Notes: generated by a model not told the origin, from the sequence alone. Numbered from the stretch's first letter, positions 8,246 to 18,243 are shown. The stretch: 64,000 bases of DNA from Ignavibacteriales bacterium (GCA_026390635.1 JAPLFO010000149.1:16075-80074), one strand, 5' to 3'. A program made the numbers and translations.

Positions 8246-10402
8246 ATGCACATGCGTTCTCTTTTTTTTCTGTCTGTTTTATCCATCTGCACATTGTTTG
8301 CGGAAGGGATGCTCACTCTTCGTGATTCCATGCAGCTTCCGCAGGCCTCGATCTGGGGCGGAATTTCCTTCAACGGCGAAAGCATCAGCATCACGACGAC
8401 GGCCATTGTGAACGGCAAGCCGCAGTTGTTTCTCAGAACACTGAATCCGCAGACCCTTCTGCAGATCCTCCCGCCAGTGCAACTGACATTCGAAAGCGAT
8501 CCTCAATCACAGCGGTGGATTACAGATCACAAACACCTCTTCCTTACAGGTCAACATTTTATTGTTTTTTCCGTGCGCGGTGACAGCGACATCTATATTT
8601 TCAAAACCGACGTCAACGGCAAACGCATCGGCAGCATCACGCCGATTGCCGAGCACACGACGAACCGCACCAACGATATGATGTTTGCCACAGACGGGGA
8701 AAATATTTTTGTCGCATATTTCAAGCCTACCGATCAGTCAATCGTTCACACCATCAATCAACAACTGCAGCCGGTTTCCGCACCGATCATCACTTCGTCC
8801 CAACTTCCGCACAATAACCTCGGCGGACTCTTCTATAGGAACAATTCCTTTTTCATGTTTACGGGAGACAAGGCCGGACCAAATTCCCAATTGATTGTGA
8901 CCATATGGAACCATGACTGGTCTCCCGCAATTCAGCAACGGAAGATTCTTGCGATACCTCCGGTAGGCGAGGGATATTTTTTTGCATCCGGCATTGCTTT
9001 TGACAGCTTGTCAAAACGATGGATCATCGCTTTTCATCATGTGCAGAACAGCAATCCGGACAGCAGCACGCATGTTGATTTTGGAATATTTGATGAATCC
9101 TTCTCGCTGATCGAACAGTCCCACGGATTCCGCGGCTACCGGCCGCATTTGCTGTTGAGAAACAGTGAGCTGTACGTAGTTTACGACGCAGGAGGCGTCT
9201 TCCTCCGGCGGTACACACTTCAGCCTGCCGTGCGGAAAACAATCGCGTGGAAGCAATACCTTACTCTGGCGCCGAACGAAGGCACGGCGTTCGTCGTTGA
9301 TACGTCGATGATCGTTAACTACGGCGGTGTTCCGGTGATTACGTTTGCGAATGACAGCTCGCTGATCCTCTCTTCATCGGGAAATACACAATTGCAGTTC
9401 TATCTTATCAAAAACAACGGCCAGACCTTGATCTCACTACCAACGACCCCGCGGGGACCGGACGGCGGATGTATCTATTTACCCGATGGACAATCGCGGT
9501 TCGTCACGGAAGAACCGGCTTCCAACAATACACCTCAGAAGCACAGGAGTAGAGTGATCAGTTGGATCTCCTCTGATGGGAAGATCTGGACGAAAGAATC
9601 GGGAATACGCTATCAGCCGGGGCTTGAGGATGACTCCATCGCCAGCGTCGTCTGTCCGATCCAGGTGAAGGACTCCGTCTGGCGGATGTATTATGTCGGA
9701 GATTTTTACAGAACGAACGGCGTGCGCACGGCGATTACGTACGATTGGGGATGGACATGGAAAGCAGAGTCACGAAAGAATATCATGAAGAACGGCGACG
9801 TGGATCCGCATCCTGTCTATGTGTCGGACGGCAGGATCCGGCTCTATGTCCGGACCGGCTTTTCAGAAACCAATCCTGCAAAAAGGGGTATCGGCTACAA
9901 CGACAGTAACGACGGTATCACCTTCGATACCACAAAGACAACGATGATCCTTCCGGACAATACGCTTCCCCTGACAATGAATCTCGATCCCTCGGTGATA
10001 CGATTCACCGACGGAACCGTTGCCTGTTTTTTTGGAGCGGCGCCAGCTATGAATCAAAATCAAAACACAATACCTCAATTACGCGTTGCATATGCACGAA
10101 AACCAACGGACGTTGAGACGTACCTTTCCGGGATTCCGGAGAGTTTTGACTTATCCCAGAATTATCCAAATCCTTTCAACCCGGCAACCGTGATCAATTA
10201 TGCACTGCCGGTTTTCAGTGCGACAAAGCTTGCCATCTATGACATGCTTGGCCGCGAAGTGGCGGTGCTGGTGAATCAAGAGAAACCGGCGGGGCGGTAC
10301 GAAGCAACGTGGGATGCATCCAGATTTTCTTCTGGAGTATATTTCTACAAGCTCTCAGCCGGAAGCTATGTGTCGGCGAAAAAATTGGTGTTGCTCCGAT
10401 AA
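8246..10402 (+). CDS. Secreted beta-propeller-like (GH32/GH43-like fold) protein with CTD
   Basis: Start moved to MHMRSLFFLSVL (signal peptide) just after the upstream stop. WISSDGKIWTKE, VDPHPV and LDPSVIR blade motifs; QNYPNPFNP. Confidence 0.7.
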   Translation: MHMRSLFFLSVLSICTLFAEGMLTLRDSMQLPQASIWGGISFNGESISITTTAIVNGKPQLFLRTLNPQTLLQILPPVQLTFESDPQSQRWITDHKHLFLTGQHFIVFSVRGDSDIYIFKTDVNGKRIGSITPIAEHTTNRTNDMMFATDGENIFVAYFKPTDQSIVHTINQQLQPVSAPIITSSQLPHNNLGGLFYRNNSFFMFTGDKAGPNSQLIVTIWNHDWSPAIQQRKILAIPPVGEGYFFASGIAFDSLSKRWIIAFHHVQNSNPDSSTHVDFGIFDESFSLIEQSHGFRGYRPHLLLRNSELYVVYDAGGVFLRRYTLQPAVRKTIAWKQYLTLAPNEGTAFVVDTSMIVNYGGVPVITFANDSSLILSSSGNTQLQFYLIKNNGQTLISLPTTPRGPDGGCIYLPDGQSRFVTEEPASNNTPQKHRSRVISWISSDGKIWTKESGIRYQPGLEDDSIASVVCPIQVKDSVWRMYYVGDFYRTNGVRTAITYDWGWTWKAESRKNIMKNGDVDPHPVYVSDGRIRLYVRTGFSETNPAKRGIGYNDSNDGITFDTTKTTMILPDNTLPLTMNLDPSVIRFTDGTVACFFGAAPAMNQNQNTIPQLRVAYARKPTDVETYLSGIPESFDLSQNYPNPFNPATVINYALPVFSATKLAIYDMLGREVAVLVNQEKPAGRYEATWDASRFSSGVYFYKLSAGSYVSAKKLVLLR

Positions 10403-10427
10403 TATACGTCTCAGTTTCAATCATCGG

Positions 10428-10453
10428 CCCGGATTAGAATCATCCGGGTTTTT
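10428..10453 (+). terminator. Intrinsic terminator
   Basis: CCCGGAT-loop-ATCCGGG followed by TTTTT after the 8246-10402 gene. Confidence 0.6.
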
Positions 10454-10479
10454 CCATTTGCTCGGGTCACGCACTTTGC

Positions 10480-10794
10480 TGAGCATGCGCGGCTGACACC
10501 GAGCGATCTTGTCAAATCAACCCATGTGGCAAACTCTCCCCTATAAAATCTTTCTCTCTATATTTAGGCAAGCGCAGGATAATCTATTCTCACTTTTGGA
10601 ATCTATATAGGCGCTTCCTGCTGGATCAATCCGGCCTCGCGAAGCGCGATCATATCAGACTGGTCGAGATTCAAAAAATGGGGCAAACGGGTGCGATCGA
10701 TGAAAATATGTTAGGCTCCCTTGTGAATTCTTGCGAAAAAAACTGGGATTTCGAATATTAAAAAGTTAGACTCCTCGTGTTTGGCGCGGAGCCA
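10480..10794 (-). pseudogene. Degenerate reading frame ending in a helix-turn-helix, copy 2
   Basis: Reads WLRAKHEESNFLIFEIPVFFARIHKGA*HIFIDRTRLPHFLNLDQSDMIALREAGLIQ...IDYPALA*I*RERFYRGEFATWVDLTRSLGVSRA, with several stops. Confidence 0.6.
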
Positions 10795-10980
10795 GAAAAA
10801 CCCAGTCGAGAGATCGGTTTTTTTGTTTAGTGCTGGTTGTAGGCTGAGGCCTCACGATGAAATCGAGACGACGAAGTCCCGCAGTTTTTTTGCGGGATTC
10901 GATCCCTGTCGCAGCGAAGCGGAAATCCCGTTACGGGACCCGTGGAGGCAAAAATCCCGATCAGCAATGATCGGGATTTT
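10772..10980 (+). repeat. Dispersed repeat copy 2, ending in a 31-bp hairpin shared with 13416-13446
   Basis: 32-nt identity with 2914-2945. AAAAATCCCGATCAGCAATGATCGGGATTTT at 10950-10980. Confidence 0.85.
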
Positions 10981-11117
10981 CCGTAATAGAGAAATTCGAG
11001 CTAACAATCGATCTTTCCCCCCGGTATAGTCTGCACTACGATGCAGTCACGCTCGGTTGATTCACATTATTCCACGCATAGGCAGGTTTTTTTTCAACTT
11101 CCGACGTTACAGCAGTA

Positions 11118-11996
11118 TTACGAGTTCATAGCCTTTCGATTTCGATCTTCTTCAATGCCCGTCTTGAACTGTTTTAATGATTGAAATACAAATTCAGGCA
11201 TCTGTTCATCATACGAGCGGTCACCAACCATATCGGCTAAGAGCCGCAACGCGGATTCTCTTGCCAACTCTTCATTGAGAATGTTGATGATCCTCACAAG
11301 CGTAGTTTCTGTGCAGATATCTCCGGCATCTCTGCCAAGAAGTCGTGCACTCACAAGATCGTAGTCAAGTTTTGCCGCAAATAGATCATCATCCGAAGTG
11401 TAAAACCGATCTTCATTACCGGCATCGATGTACTTTGTGAGAATATATCGAAGGTCCACCGCATCCTTCTTTCGCTCCGGATAAGCATCTTTCCACGAAC
11501 ACAGCTTCATCACTGCCAGCGCAGCCGGTGTACAAACCTTCACAACAACTTCCGGTTCGACGGATACGCGAACGGCGATTGAACTTTGGAGCGCCTCTTC
11601 GAATCCATCGGTCCTCATCAATACATCGGAGGTTGGAGGCCAGGCAATAATGCCAACGGGATTCTCCAGCGGTCCAAAGGGAACGATATCAACGATGGTG
11701 CCGGAGACATAAAGCCGTTGCTTCTTCTTGCTGTCCTTATCATACGATTTCAGATCGACAAGGTCATTGACAACGGTCTCGAACTGTTCCCATGTTTCAA
11801 TGCGAATGCCCAGATCAATATCGAGCGACGCACGCCGTGTCGGGATGTTATGGATCGCGCTGAAAACAATGTCACGGGCAGTGGCACCGACGACCAAGAA
11901 CGATATTCTATGCCTGCTTGTGATCTCTGCCAGATCTGTAAGAACTTTTACGACGGCAGGTTCAACTCTATTTGAAATGTCTTTTAAGTATGTCAT
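11118..11996 (-). CDS. AbiEii/AbiGii-like nucleotidyltransferase (type IV TA toxin)
   Basis: FLVVGATARD...SLDIDLG nucleotidyltransferase motif; MKLCSWKD...KKDAVD; overlaps the upstream antitoxin gene. Confidence 0.8.
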   Translation of the reverse strand: MTYLKDISNRVEPAVVKVLTDLAEITSRHRISFLVVGATARDIVFSAIHNIPTRRASLDIDLGIRIETWEQFETVVNDLVDLKSYDKDSKKKQRLYVSGTIVDIVPFGPLENPVGIIAWPPTSDVLMRTDGFEEALQSSIAVRVSVEPEVVVKVCTPAALAVMKLCSWKDAYPERKKDAVDLRYILTKYIDAGNEDRFYTSDDDLFAAKLDYDLVSARLLGRDAGDICTETTLVRIINILNEELARESALRLLADMVGDRSYDEQMPEFVFQSLKQFKTGIEEDRNRKAMNS

Positions 11997-13005
11997 TGAT
12001 CAATTCTGCCGCTTCAAGTGCGCGGGTATCCCCTATGGCCAATAGATCAGCGTAAACAAGTAATGGATGGACGGTTGCTGTATCTTCATCTTCAGCAGTA
12101 AAGTTCCAGAACTGCTCTCGCAATTCAATCGCTCCCTTATCATCTTTTCGAAGCCTTAGCGTCTTCATGAGGTCATCGACCGGTTGACGCATGAAGATTG
12201 TAATCACTTCGGGTTTCAAGTAGTTGGTAAGCTTGTTGGCAGCAACTTCGCCGCCCCAGTACGCACCCAAAGCCCTGATGTCTGTATCTCTCCAGAAGAG
12301 TTCACGTGCAGCAGTGTACCGCCCGCGAAATGTTTTCGCCCTGTATTTCATCACGTACGCATTCGCCCATTTGTCGGCAAGCTCCTGCTTCTGCACCAAG
12401 GTTCGGCCACGGTCAGCAAGTTCGATCAGATAGTTCTTCCGCGTCAGATCCCTCATTACGGCCACAACAGTTCCGAGAGCAACTTCTGCCGCTTCTGCAA
12501 TTTCCCGGTATGTGCATTTTACAAGATTTTCTTTACAGAGAAGCGCAAACACGACTCGAATACCGGCTGCGCCAAAAATATTTTCCGTCTCCGCCTCATT
12601 CTGGCCCGGCAGATCTGTTCCGGCTTTGTTGCCGTACATGAATATGTAGATTGGGGGTCTGTTGATATATGCATTCCCGGCCATATCTATAAACTGGATA
12701 TGCCTGTCTCGCATAATTTTGGCGAGCGTGGGAGTCACATGTTTTGTGATAAGAAGATTCGTCTCGGGATTTTTATTGTTCTGTGCAGCAACTTTCGCGA
12801 TTGTGAATTCATTGATCGTGAGTTTGATTTCCACGTTGAAGAGCGGAGCATTGATATCGTCCCTCACCCGCAACGTCCCATCAGTGGTCACGTCGCGAAG
12901 AAATACATTACCATGCGCATAGACAGCTCTGAGACAGGTTTCCTTCTCCAAGACATTCAATACCTGATTGACCAGCTCAGCTTCGTTTTGTGCTTTATTT
13001 TTCAT
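11968..13005 (-). CDS. AbiEi-family type IV TA antitoxin / transcriptional regulator
   Basis: QFIDMAGNAYI; wHTH TYREIAEAAEVALGTV; YWGGEVAA; VHPLLVYADLL. Confidence 0.82.
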   Translation of the reverse strand: MKNKAQNEAELVNQVLNVLEKETCLRAVYAHGNVFLRDVTTDGTLRVRDDINAPLFNVEIKLTINEFTIAKVAAQNNKNPETNLLITKHVTPTLAKIMRDRHIQFIDMAGNAYINRPPIYIFMYGNKAGTDLPGQNEAETENIFGAAGIRVVFALLCKENLVKCTYREIAEAAEVALGTVVAVMRDLTRKNYLIELADRGRTLVQKQELADKWANAYVMKYRAKTFRGRYTAARELFWRDTDIRALGAYWGGEVAANKLTNYLKPEVITIFMRQPVDDLMKTLRLRKDDKGAIELREQFWNFTAEDEDTATVHPLLVYADLLAIGDTRALEAAELINDILKRHFK

Positions 13006-13007
13006 AA

Positions 13008-13140
13008 CTGTTCAAATATTTAGCATGTTCATTTATATTGAACATACAATATTTATGAACACATGTCAAGTTCCGGGCAGGAAATTGTTCGTAAATCTGC
13101 ATTGTTCATATATATTGAACAATGAAACAATTTGAACGGT
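13008..13140 (-). promoter_or_regulatory. Inverted-repeat operator array upstream of abiEi
   Basis: ATGTTCATTTATATTGAACAT (13025-13045), ATTGTTCATATATATTGAACAAT (13101-13123) and further TGTTC/GAAC half sites. Confidence 0.7.
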
Positions 13141-13390
13141 GAACGCTGAAATCATTGAACATTGACGAAAACAACTCCTCCCGGCTCTGTTTCAGCATTT
13201 GTATCCCCAAAGCGGACACACGAATTTCCCTAATTACGCCATTTTCTCTCTTCGATCAAACATCGACGGTTGAAGATTGGAACCGCACATATTTGTGGTT
13301 CCATCCAGCAGAGCCGGTAGCAAGTTTGATTCCACGGTTTCCATTGGCCTACCGATAGCGTTGGCAGGCGGATTGCCCTATCAAAGTGAA

Positions 13391-13446
13391 GATCCCGTTT
13401 GAGATCCACGGAGCAAAAAATCCCGATCAGCAATGATCGGGATTTT
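13391..13446 (+). repeat. Partial repeat copy 3 / bidirectional terminator
   Basis: 13416-13446 is identical to 10950-10980; the preceding GATCCCGTT...CCACGGAGCA resembles 10925-10950. Confidence 0.85.
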
Positions 13447-13489
13447 TCATTTCACAAAAACCGCTGCGGCAGCCGTTGACGGACGCGTG

Positions 13490-14143
13490 TTATTCGCTGC
13501 CACCCTGCAATTCCTTCTGCATTCTTCGGATGTCTTGCAGGATCGGCCCTTTGGATTTCTTCCATTCGCGCTTCGAGACGAAATAGCCGAACAGATAGAC
13601 CATGGCGACGAAGCCGAAACTGGTTAAAATCCCCGCCAATGCGTTGTGGATGTCAAAGTATCTCCTGAAGACATCGATAATATACGGTGAAGCCGCCGAG
13701 GCCAGCAGTGATGTTACCACCAGAGACATCACGAAATACGGCGCCGACATAAATTGATACCGCGCAGCGGCTCTGTGGAGAAAGAGAGTCACCGGCGCAG
13801 CATAATCGATCGTGCCGAGTTTTTTTATCTGCAGATGCAGACCTATCGCAAGCCCCAAAAAGATCAGCATGATCAAAGCCTTGAGCGGAAAAGTGTTGTC
13901 AATGTGGTGAGAAGGATCTATCATTGCAATGGCCGCTACAACAAAAGAAAACAGCCAGAGTCCAGCAGCGATCCGCCAGAGGGGCGTCGCTTTTTTGAGA
14001 AGTTTCAATTGTTTGGCGTCCTCGGCTTTGAGTACTTCAATCAGGTTGTCAACGGTACTGTCAATGCTATTCATCGCTTCCTCCTGTTTTGCCTGTGGAG
14101 CCTTGATGGCATATCGATGTTCCTTCAGATCTTCAAGTTTCAT
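13490..14143 (-). CDS. Four-TM membrane protein, probable anti-sigma factor
   Basis: Overlaps the ECF sigma stop; four hydrophobic segments. Confidence 0.7.
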   Translation of the reverse strand: MKLEDLKEHRYAIKAPQAKQEEAMNSIDSTVDNLIEVLKAEDAKQLKLLKKATPLWRIAAGLWLFSFVVAAIAMIDPSHHIDNTFPLKALIMLIFLGLAIGLHLQIKKLGTIDYAAPVTLFLHRAAARYQFMSAPYFVMSLVVTSLLASAASPYIIDVFRRYFDIHNALAGILTSFGFVAMVYLFGYFVSKREWKKSKGPILQDIRRMQKELQGGSE

Positions 14144-14657
14144 TGCCGTTCTCCTCCATCATCTCTTTCAATGCTTTTCGGATCCGATGAAGCTTTACCC
14201 GGATGTTCACCTCCGAAATGCCAAGGATGTCCGCACTTTGTTTCGATCCCACATCTTCCAGATAGAGAGAAATTAACGCTCGATCGACAGGCGACAGGAT
14301 ATTGATGCAGCGATACAATTGATCAAGCGAACGCATTTCCTCTTCTGCTTCCTCATGATTCGCTTCCGGAATCAGATCAATAGTAGCTGAAGCTTCCAGG
14401 TCAATGTGTTTCTTCCGGCGTTGTTCCGTTCGCAGGTGACTGAGGCAGGTATTGACCGTGATTCGATAGATCCAGGTGCTGATGGCGGATTGGGACCGAA
14501 AAGTATCAAAACTCTTCCAGATATTGATGAGGATTTCCTGGTAGACATCGTTCCGCTCATCCTTGTCATGAACATATCCGCAGCATATCCGGAATATCCG
14601 GTCGCTGTTCGATTTGATGATTTCTCTATAACGGGTTTCTTTTTCCATCAATCTCAT
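14133..14657 (-). CDS. ECF RNA polymerase sigma factor
   Basis: DVYQEILINIWKS...STWIYRITVNT region 2; ADILGISEVNIRVKLHR region 4. Confidence 0.92.
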   Translation of the reverse strand: MRLMEKETRYREIIKSNSDRIFRICCGYVHDKDERNDVYQEILINIWKSFDTFRSQSAISTWIYRITVNTCLSHLRTEQRRKKHIDLEASATIDLIPEANHEEAEEEMRSLDQLYRCINILSPVDRALISLYLEDVGSKQSADILGISEVNIRVKLHRIRKALKEMMEENGNET

Positions 14658-14668
14658 CCTTCATATCT

Positions 14669-14696
14669 TAGATGACGGAAGGACAGATTTGTTACA
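14669..14696 (-). promoter_or_regulatory. Putative autoregulatory ECF promoter
   Basis: Minus strand reads TGTAAC-N-CATCTAA directly upstream of the sigma gene. Confidence 0.5.
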
Positions 14697-15035
14697 AAAA
14701 AGATGATAGCAAATCGCCCCGAATTGCCGCATAATGGTTAATGTAGTCTATACGATCGGCACTGGCAAGAGGGAGACTCATAGACCGTGGGTTCCCGCTT
14801 GAGAATCTCAGATGGCCCCCTTCCTACTGCTTCTATCCCAAACCATTCGCTACGGATGCTGCTCCGGTATTCCAAATCCTGTGTCTTTCGTTCTGTCCTT
14901 TCCCTTCGGATAGATGATGATTCAGCCGGAATTATTGAAACAGATATTGGAATTTCTTCATTTACTTCTTTACCATAGAATGCTTATTTTCATAATCCTC
15001 CAATAGATCCCGAATTTCTTATCGGAGAAGCCGCA

Positions 15036-16553
15036 ATGCCACAAGCCGTCGGATTTGATAATGCACGCTACCTTAAGGAACAGACTCAACCGATCCTTGA
15101 CCGGGTACAACAGTTAGACAATAAACTGTATCTCGAATTCGGAGGGAAATTGTTGTTTGATTTTCATGCGGCGCGCGTGCTTCCCGGATATGATCCGAAT
15201 GTGAAAATGCTGCTCCTGCAACAGTTGCGAGATAAATCCGAGATCATTCTCTGTATCTACGCAGGCGACATCGAACGGAAGAAGATCCGGGGAGATTTCG
15301 GCATCACCTATGATGCAGATGCCCTCAAACTGATCGACGACCTGCGCCAATGGAATATCAATGTCGCCTCTGTCGTCATCACGCGATATGATAATCAGCC
15401 GTCGGCCGGCGCATTTAAGAACAAACTGGAACGATCGGGTATGCGCGTCTACACACACCGTGCAACAGAGGGATATCCGATGGATGTCGACACGATCGTG
15501 AGCGACAAGGGATATGGGGCAAACGAGTATATCGAGACGACCAAACCGATTGTTGTGGTCACCGGACCCGGACCCGGCAGCGGAAAACTGGCCACCTGTC
15601 TTTCCCAACTCTACCATGAGCACCGGCAGGGAATCCGCGCAGGATACGCAAAATTTGAAACATTCCCCATCTGGGATCTGCCGTTGAAACATCCGGTCAA
15701 CATCGCGTATGAAGCGGCAACCGCGGACATCAGTGATTTCAACATGATCGATTCGTTCCATCTCGAAGCATATAATCAACGATCTGTCAACTATAACCGC
15801 GATATGGAAGCTTTTCCTCTTCTGCGGCGGATCATCGAGAAAATCACCGGGGCAGCATCATTCTACCAATCCCCAACCGATATGGGAGTCAACCGGGCCA
15901 GCACAGGGATCGTCGATGATGAAGCGATCCGCGAAGCGGCTCATCAGGAGATCATCCGCCGCTATTTCCGGTATTCATGTGAGTATGCTGCCGGATTTGC
16001 AGAAAAAGCAACTGTGGATCGAGTAACGCTCCTGCTCGATGAGCTTCATCTCAATGTCGAAGACCGGATCGTTGTCCGGCATGCCCGTATGGCTGCGAAA
16101 GAATGTGAAAAAAAACAAAATGGGAACGAAGGAATTTTTTGCGGAGCAGCGCTTGAACTCAAGGACGGAACGATCATCACCGGAATGAATTCTCCGTTGA
16201 TGCATGCCTCCTCTGCGCTGGTGTTGAATGCCATAAAGCGTCTCAGCGCAATTCCCGACGACAGGCATCTCCTTCCCCCGAACATCATCGATTCAATCAG
16301 CCATTTGAAAAGGGATGTGCTCCGCGGAAAAATGATGAGTCTCGATTTGGAGGAAACGCTTATTGCTCTCAGTATCGGTGCAGCAAACGATGCCTCGTTA
16401 CAGATGGTCCTCGCAAAACTCAAATATCTGCGGGGATGTGAAGTGCACATGACTCATATCCCGACACCGGGTGATGAAGCCGGACTCCGGAAACTCGGCG
16501 TCAACCTCACCACCGACCCGGACTTCTCGACAAAACGCCTATTCATCTCCTGA
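15036..16553 (+). CDS. DUF1846 (UPF0371) family protein
   Basis: KLYLEFGGKLLFDFHAARVLPG; GPGPGSGKLATCLSQLYHE; YAKFETFPIW; SPTDMGVN. Confidence 0.9.
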   Translation: MPQAVGFDNARYLKEQTQPILDRVQQLDNKLYLEFGGKLLFDFHAARVLPGYDPNVKMLLLQQLRDKSEIILCIYAGDIERKKIRGDFGITYDADALKLIDDLRQWNINVASVVITRYDNQPSAGAFKNKLERSGMRVYTHRATEGYPMDVDTIVSDKGYGANEYIETTKPIVVVTGPGPGSGKLATCLSQLYHEHRQGIRAGYAKFETFPIWDLPLKHPVNIAYEAATADISDFNMIDSFHLEAYNQRSVNYNRDMEAFPLLRRIIEKITGAASFYQSPTDMGVNRASTGIVDDEAIREAAHQEIIRRYFRYSCEYAAGFAEKATVDRVTLLLDELHLNVEDRIVVRHARMAAKECEKKQNGNEGIFCGAALELKDGTIITGMNSPLMHASSALVLNAIKRLSAIPDDRHLLPPNIIDSISHLKRDVLRGKMMSLDLEETLIALSIGAANDASLQMVLAKLKYLRGCEVHMTHIPTPGDEAGLRKLGVNLTTDPDFSTKRLFIS

Positions 16554-16634
16554 TCACCCGTTATGGGAAAAATCCGCCGAACAATAGGGTTACCAACATT
16601 CTAATGTATTCGTGCCTCTTTCGCAGCCCCAAAC

Positions 16635-16662
16635 AAAAATCCCCAAGATACTTGGGGATTTT
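16635..16662. terminator. Bidirectional intrinsic terminator
   Basis: AAAATCCCCAAG-ATA-CTTGGGGATTTT between convergent genes. Confidence 0.75.
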
Positions 16663-16721
16663 GCTTTAATGCGTGTCTGTACTCATATTCCGGCGTTTTG
16701 AATTCCTACTGCGAGAACGCT

Positions 16722-17852
16722 TTACTTCTTCTGCCAGCGATCATTCGCTTCCAGCACCGATCGCGGTCCGTCGCCATTGAGCCAGACTTTGGCGTCGGGA
16801 TTATCTCGCAGCCAGGCATCCCAGAACGCTGTACTGAGTGCAAGGACAACGCGGTGATGATTCGGATTTCTCTTTTCAGCGTCGCCGGGGAGCGCCCGAT
16901 CGGAGAACGCCGAATGTTCTGCCCGGTCAAGCACTAATTCATTTTTGCTGCCCGAAGGAAGTGCAGGAAATACCGCCATGCGGGATTCCGGATCTCCGCC
17001 TCCAACTAATCCGAAATCTTTTGTCCCGGTCATCAGCAGCCATGGAATCTTTACGGCACCGAAGGCTTGCTCGGCGCTCCCCCGTTTCGGACTGCTCGGA
17101 CTGAACGCGATTGCCGCTGTAATTCTTGCATCGGTGAACGGTGCGGCACCCAACGGAGTCCTTTGTCCGCTCACAGCCTGAGTTGTTACCGCACCGAACG
17201 AATGTCCTGACATGCCGATCCGTTTCAAATTGAGCCGTCCGGATAAGAGATGGCCGGCGGCCTTGTTCCAGCTTTCCAGTTGATCGAGTACTACCGGAAT
17301 GTCTTTCACGCGAAGAAGAAAATTTTTCAGATTTGCCGCATTCTGCATCGCCTTCATCCGCTCAGCTCGAGGCTTATCCTGCCATACGGAAACGTCGCTC
17401 CCCGGATGTTGAAGGAACACAGCGACATATCCCCGCACGGCCCAGTGCTTCCCAAGATATGCGCTGCCCTCTCACGAACCTCCCAATCCATGGCTGAAAA
17501 GCACCACGGGCGCTGGAGCGTCATTTTTGCTGATGTAAACACGAATCGGAATTTCCCGATCTCTCCCATCGTCATTGACCGTAAGGTCGATGATTTCGAC
17601 CTTTTCCGAATCTGATAGAATCATCGGGTCATAGGGATGCATTTGCGCAGAGAGTCGCACGGTCGAAGTTAGCAGTACGCCTGCAAGGAAAAAGAATGCC
17701 TGATAATGCACCCATATATTCCAGGCAGATGCCGTTCGCCTCCGGTAAAATATTAATCTGCAAGGACATAGTCTTACCGGCAAGACATCGTTCGCCGATT
17801 TCACAATCACTCTTTGATCTGCCGATGACAAGGTATGACCTCCCATTCTCAT
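16722..17852 (-). pseudogene. Alpha/beta hydrolase (dienelactone/PAF-acetylhydrolase-like) interrupted by an in-frame TGA; true start uncertain
   Basis: SHGLGGS-TGA-EGSAYLGKHWAVRGY; the two ORFs are in frame and 33 nt apart. GHSFG nucleophile elbow; GTKD; AEHSAF. Confidence 0.8.
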
Positions 17853-17950
17853 TTCAGCACTTGTTGTGTCTTGGTATGCGAACTTCCAATTAGCTGCTAA
17901 TAACTCGCGTTACGCAAAACACATCCTTTGCAACTTCGGTGATTGTTTTT

Positions 17951-18141
17951 ATGTCACTCCCAACGGAGATTGAAATCAAGAAGGTTCCTTCAATCTATAA
18001 ACATTACATCCCTTCGGGATTTCTCCCAAAAAACAATCGGTAACACTAATTACTTCGCTGCTCGTGGTAAAAGCTCCGAAGGAGCGATATGATTATAACA
18101 TAATCAAAATACTAAGATCAAACCCCGTGAGGGGTGACATG
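17951..18141. repeat. Cluster of four REP-like palindromes
   Basis: ATGTCACTCCCAACGGAG, CATTACATCCCTTCGGGAT, AGCTCCGAAGGAGCGATATG and AACCCCGTGAGGGGTGACATG; two reverse then two forward. Confidence 0.65.
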
Positions 18142-18243
18142 TAGATTCATTCTCTTTTGCATAACATCAGTTAATAAGTCTGCGGCGCTCGCTGGTGAAT
18201 CCTCTGAAGCCCGGAACGGCGAATCCTGACTTCCGGATGCTGT

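Noticed and set aside
10950-13446. Integron cassette array or CRISPR array
   Set aside because: The repeats lack RYYYAAC/GTTRRRY attC ends and regular spacers; no intI or cas genes are present.
17472-17474. Selenocysteine or genetic-code reassignment at the in-frame TGA
   Set aside because: The position corresponds to Arg, not Cys or Trp, and TGA is used as a normal stop in many genes here.
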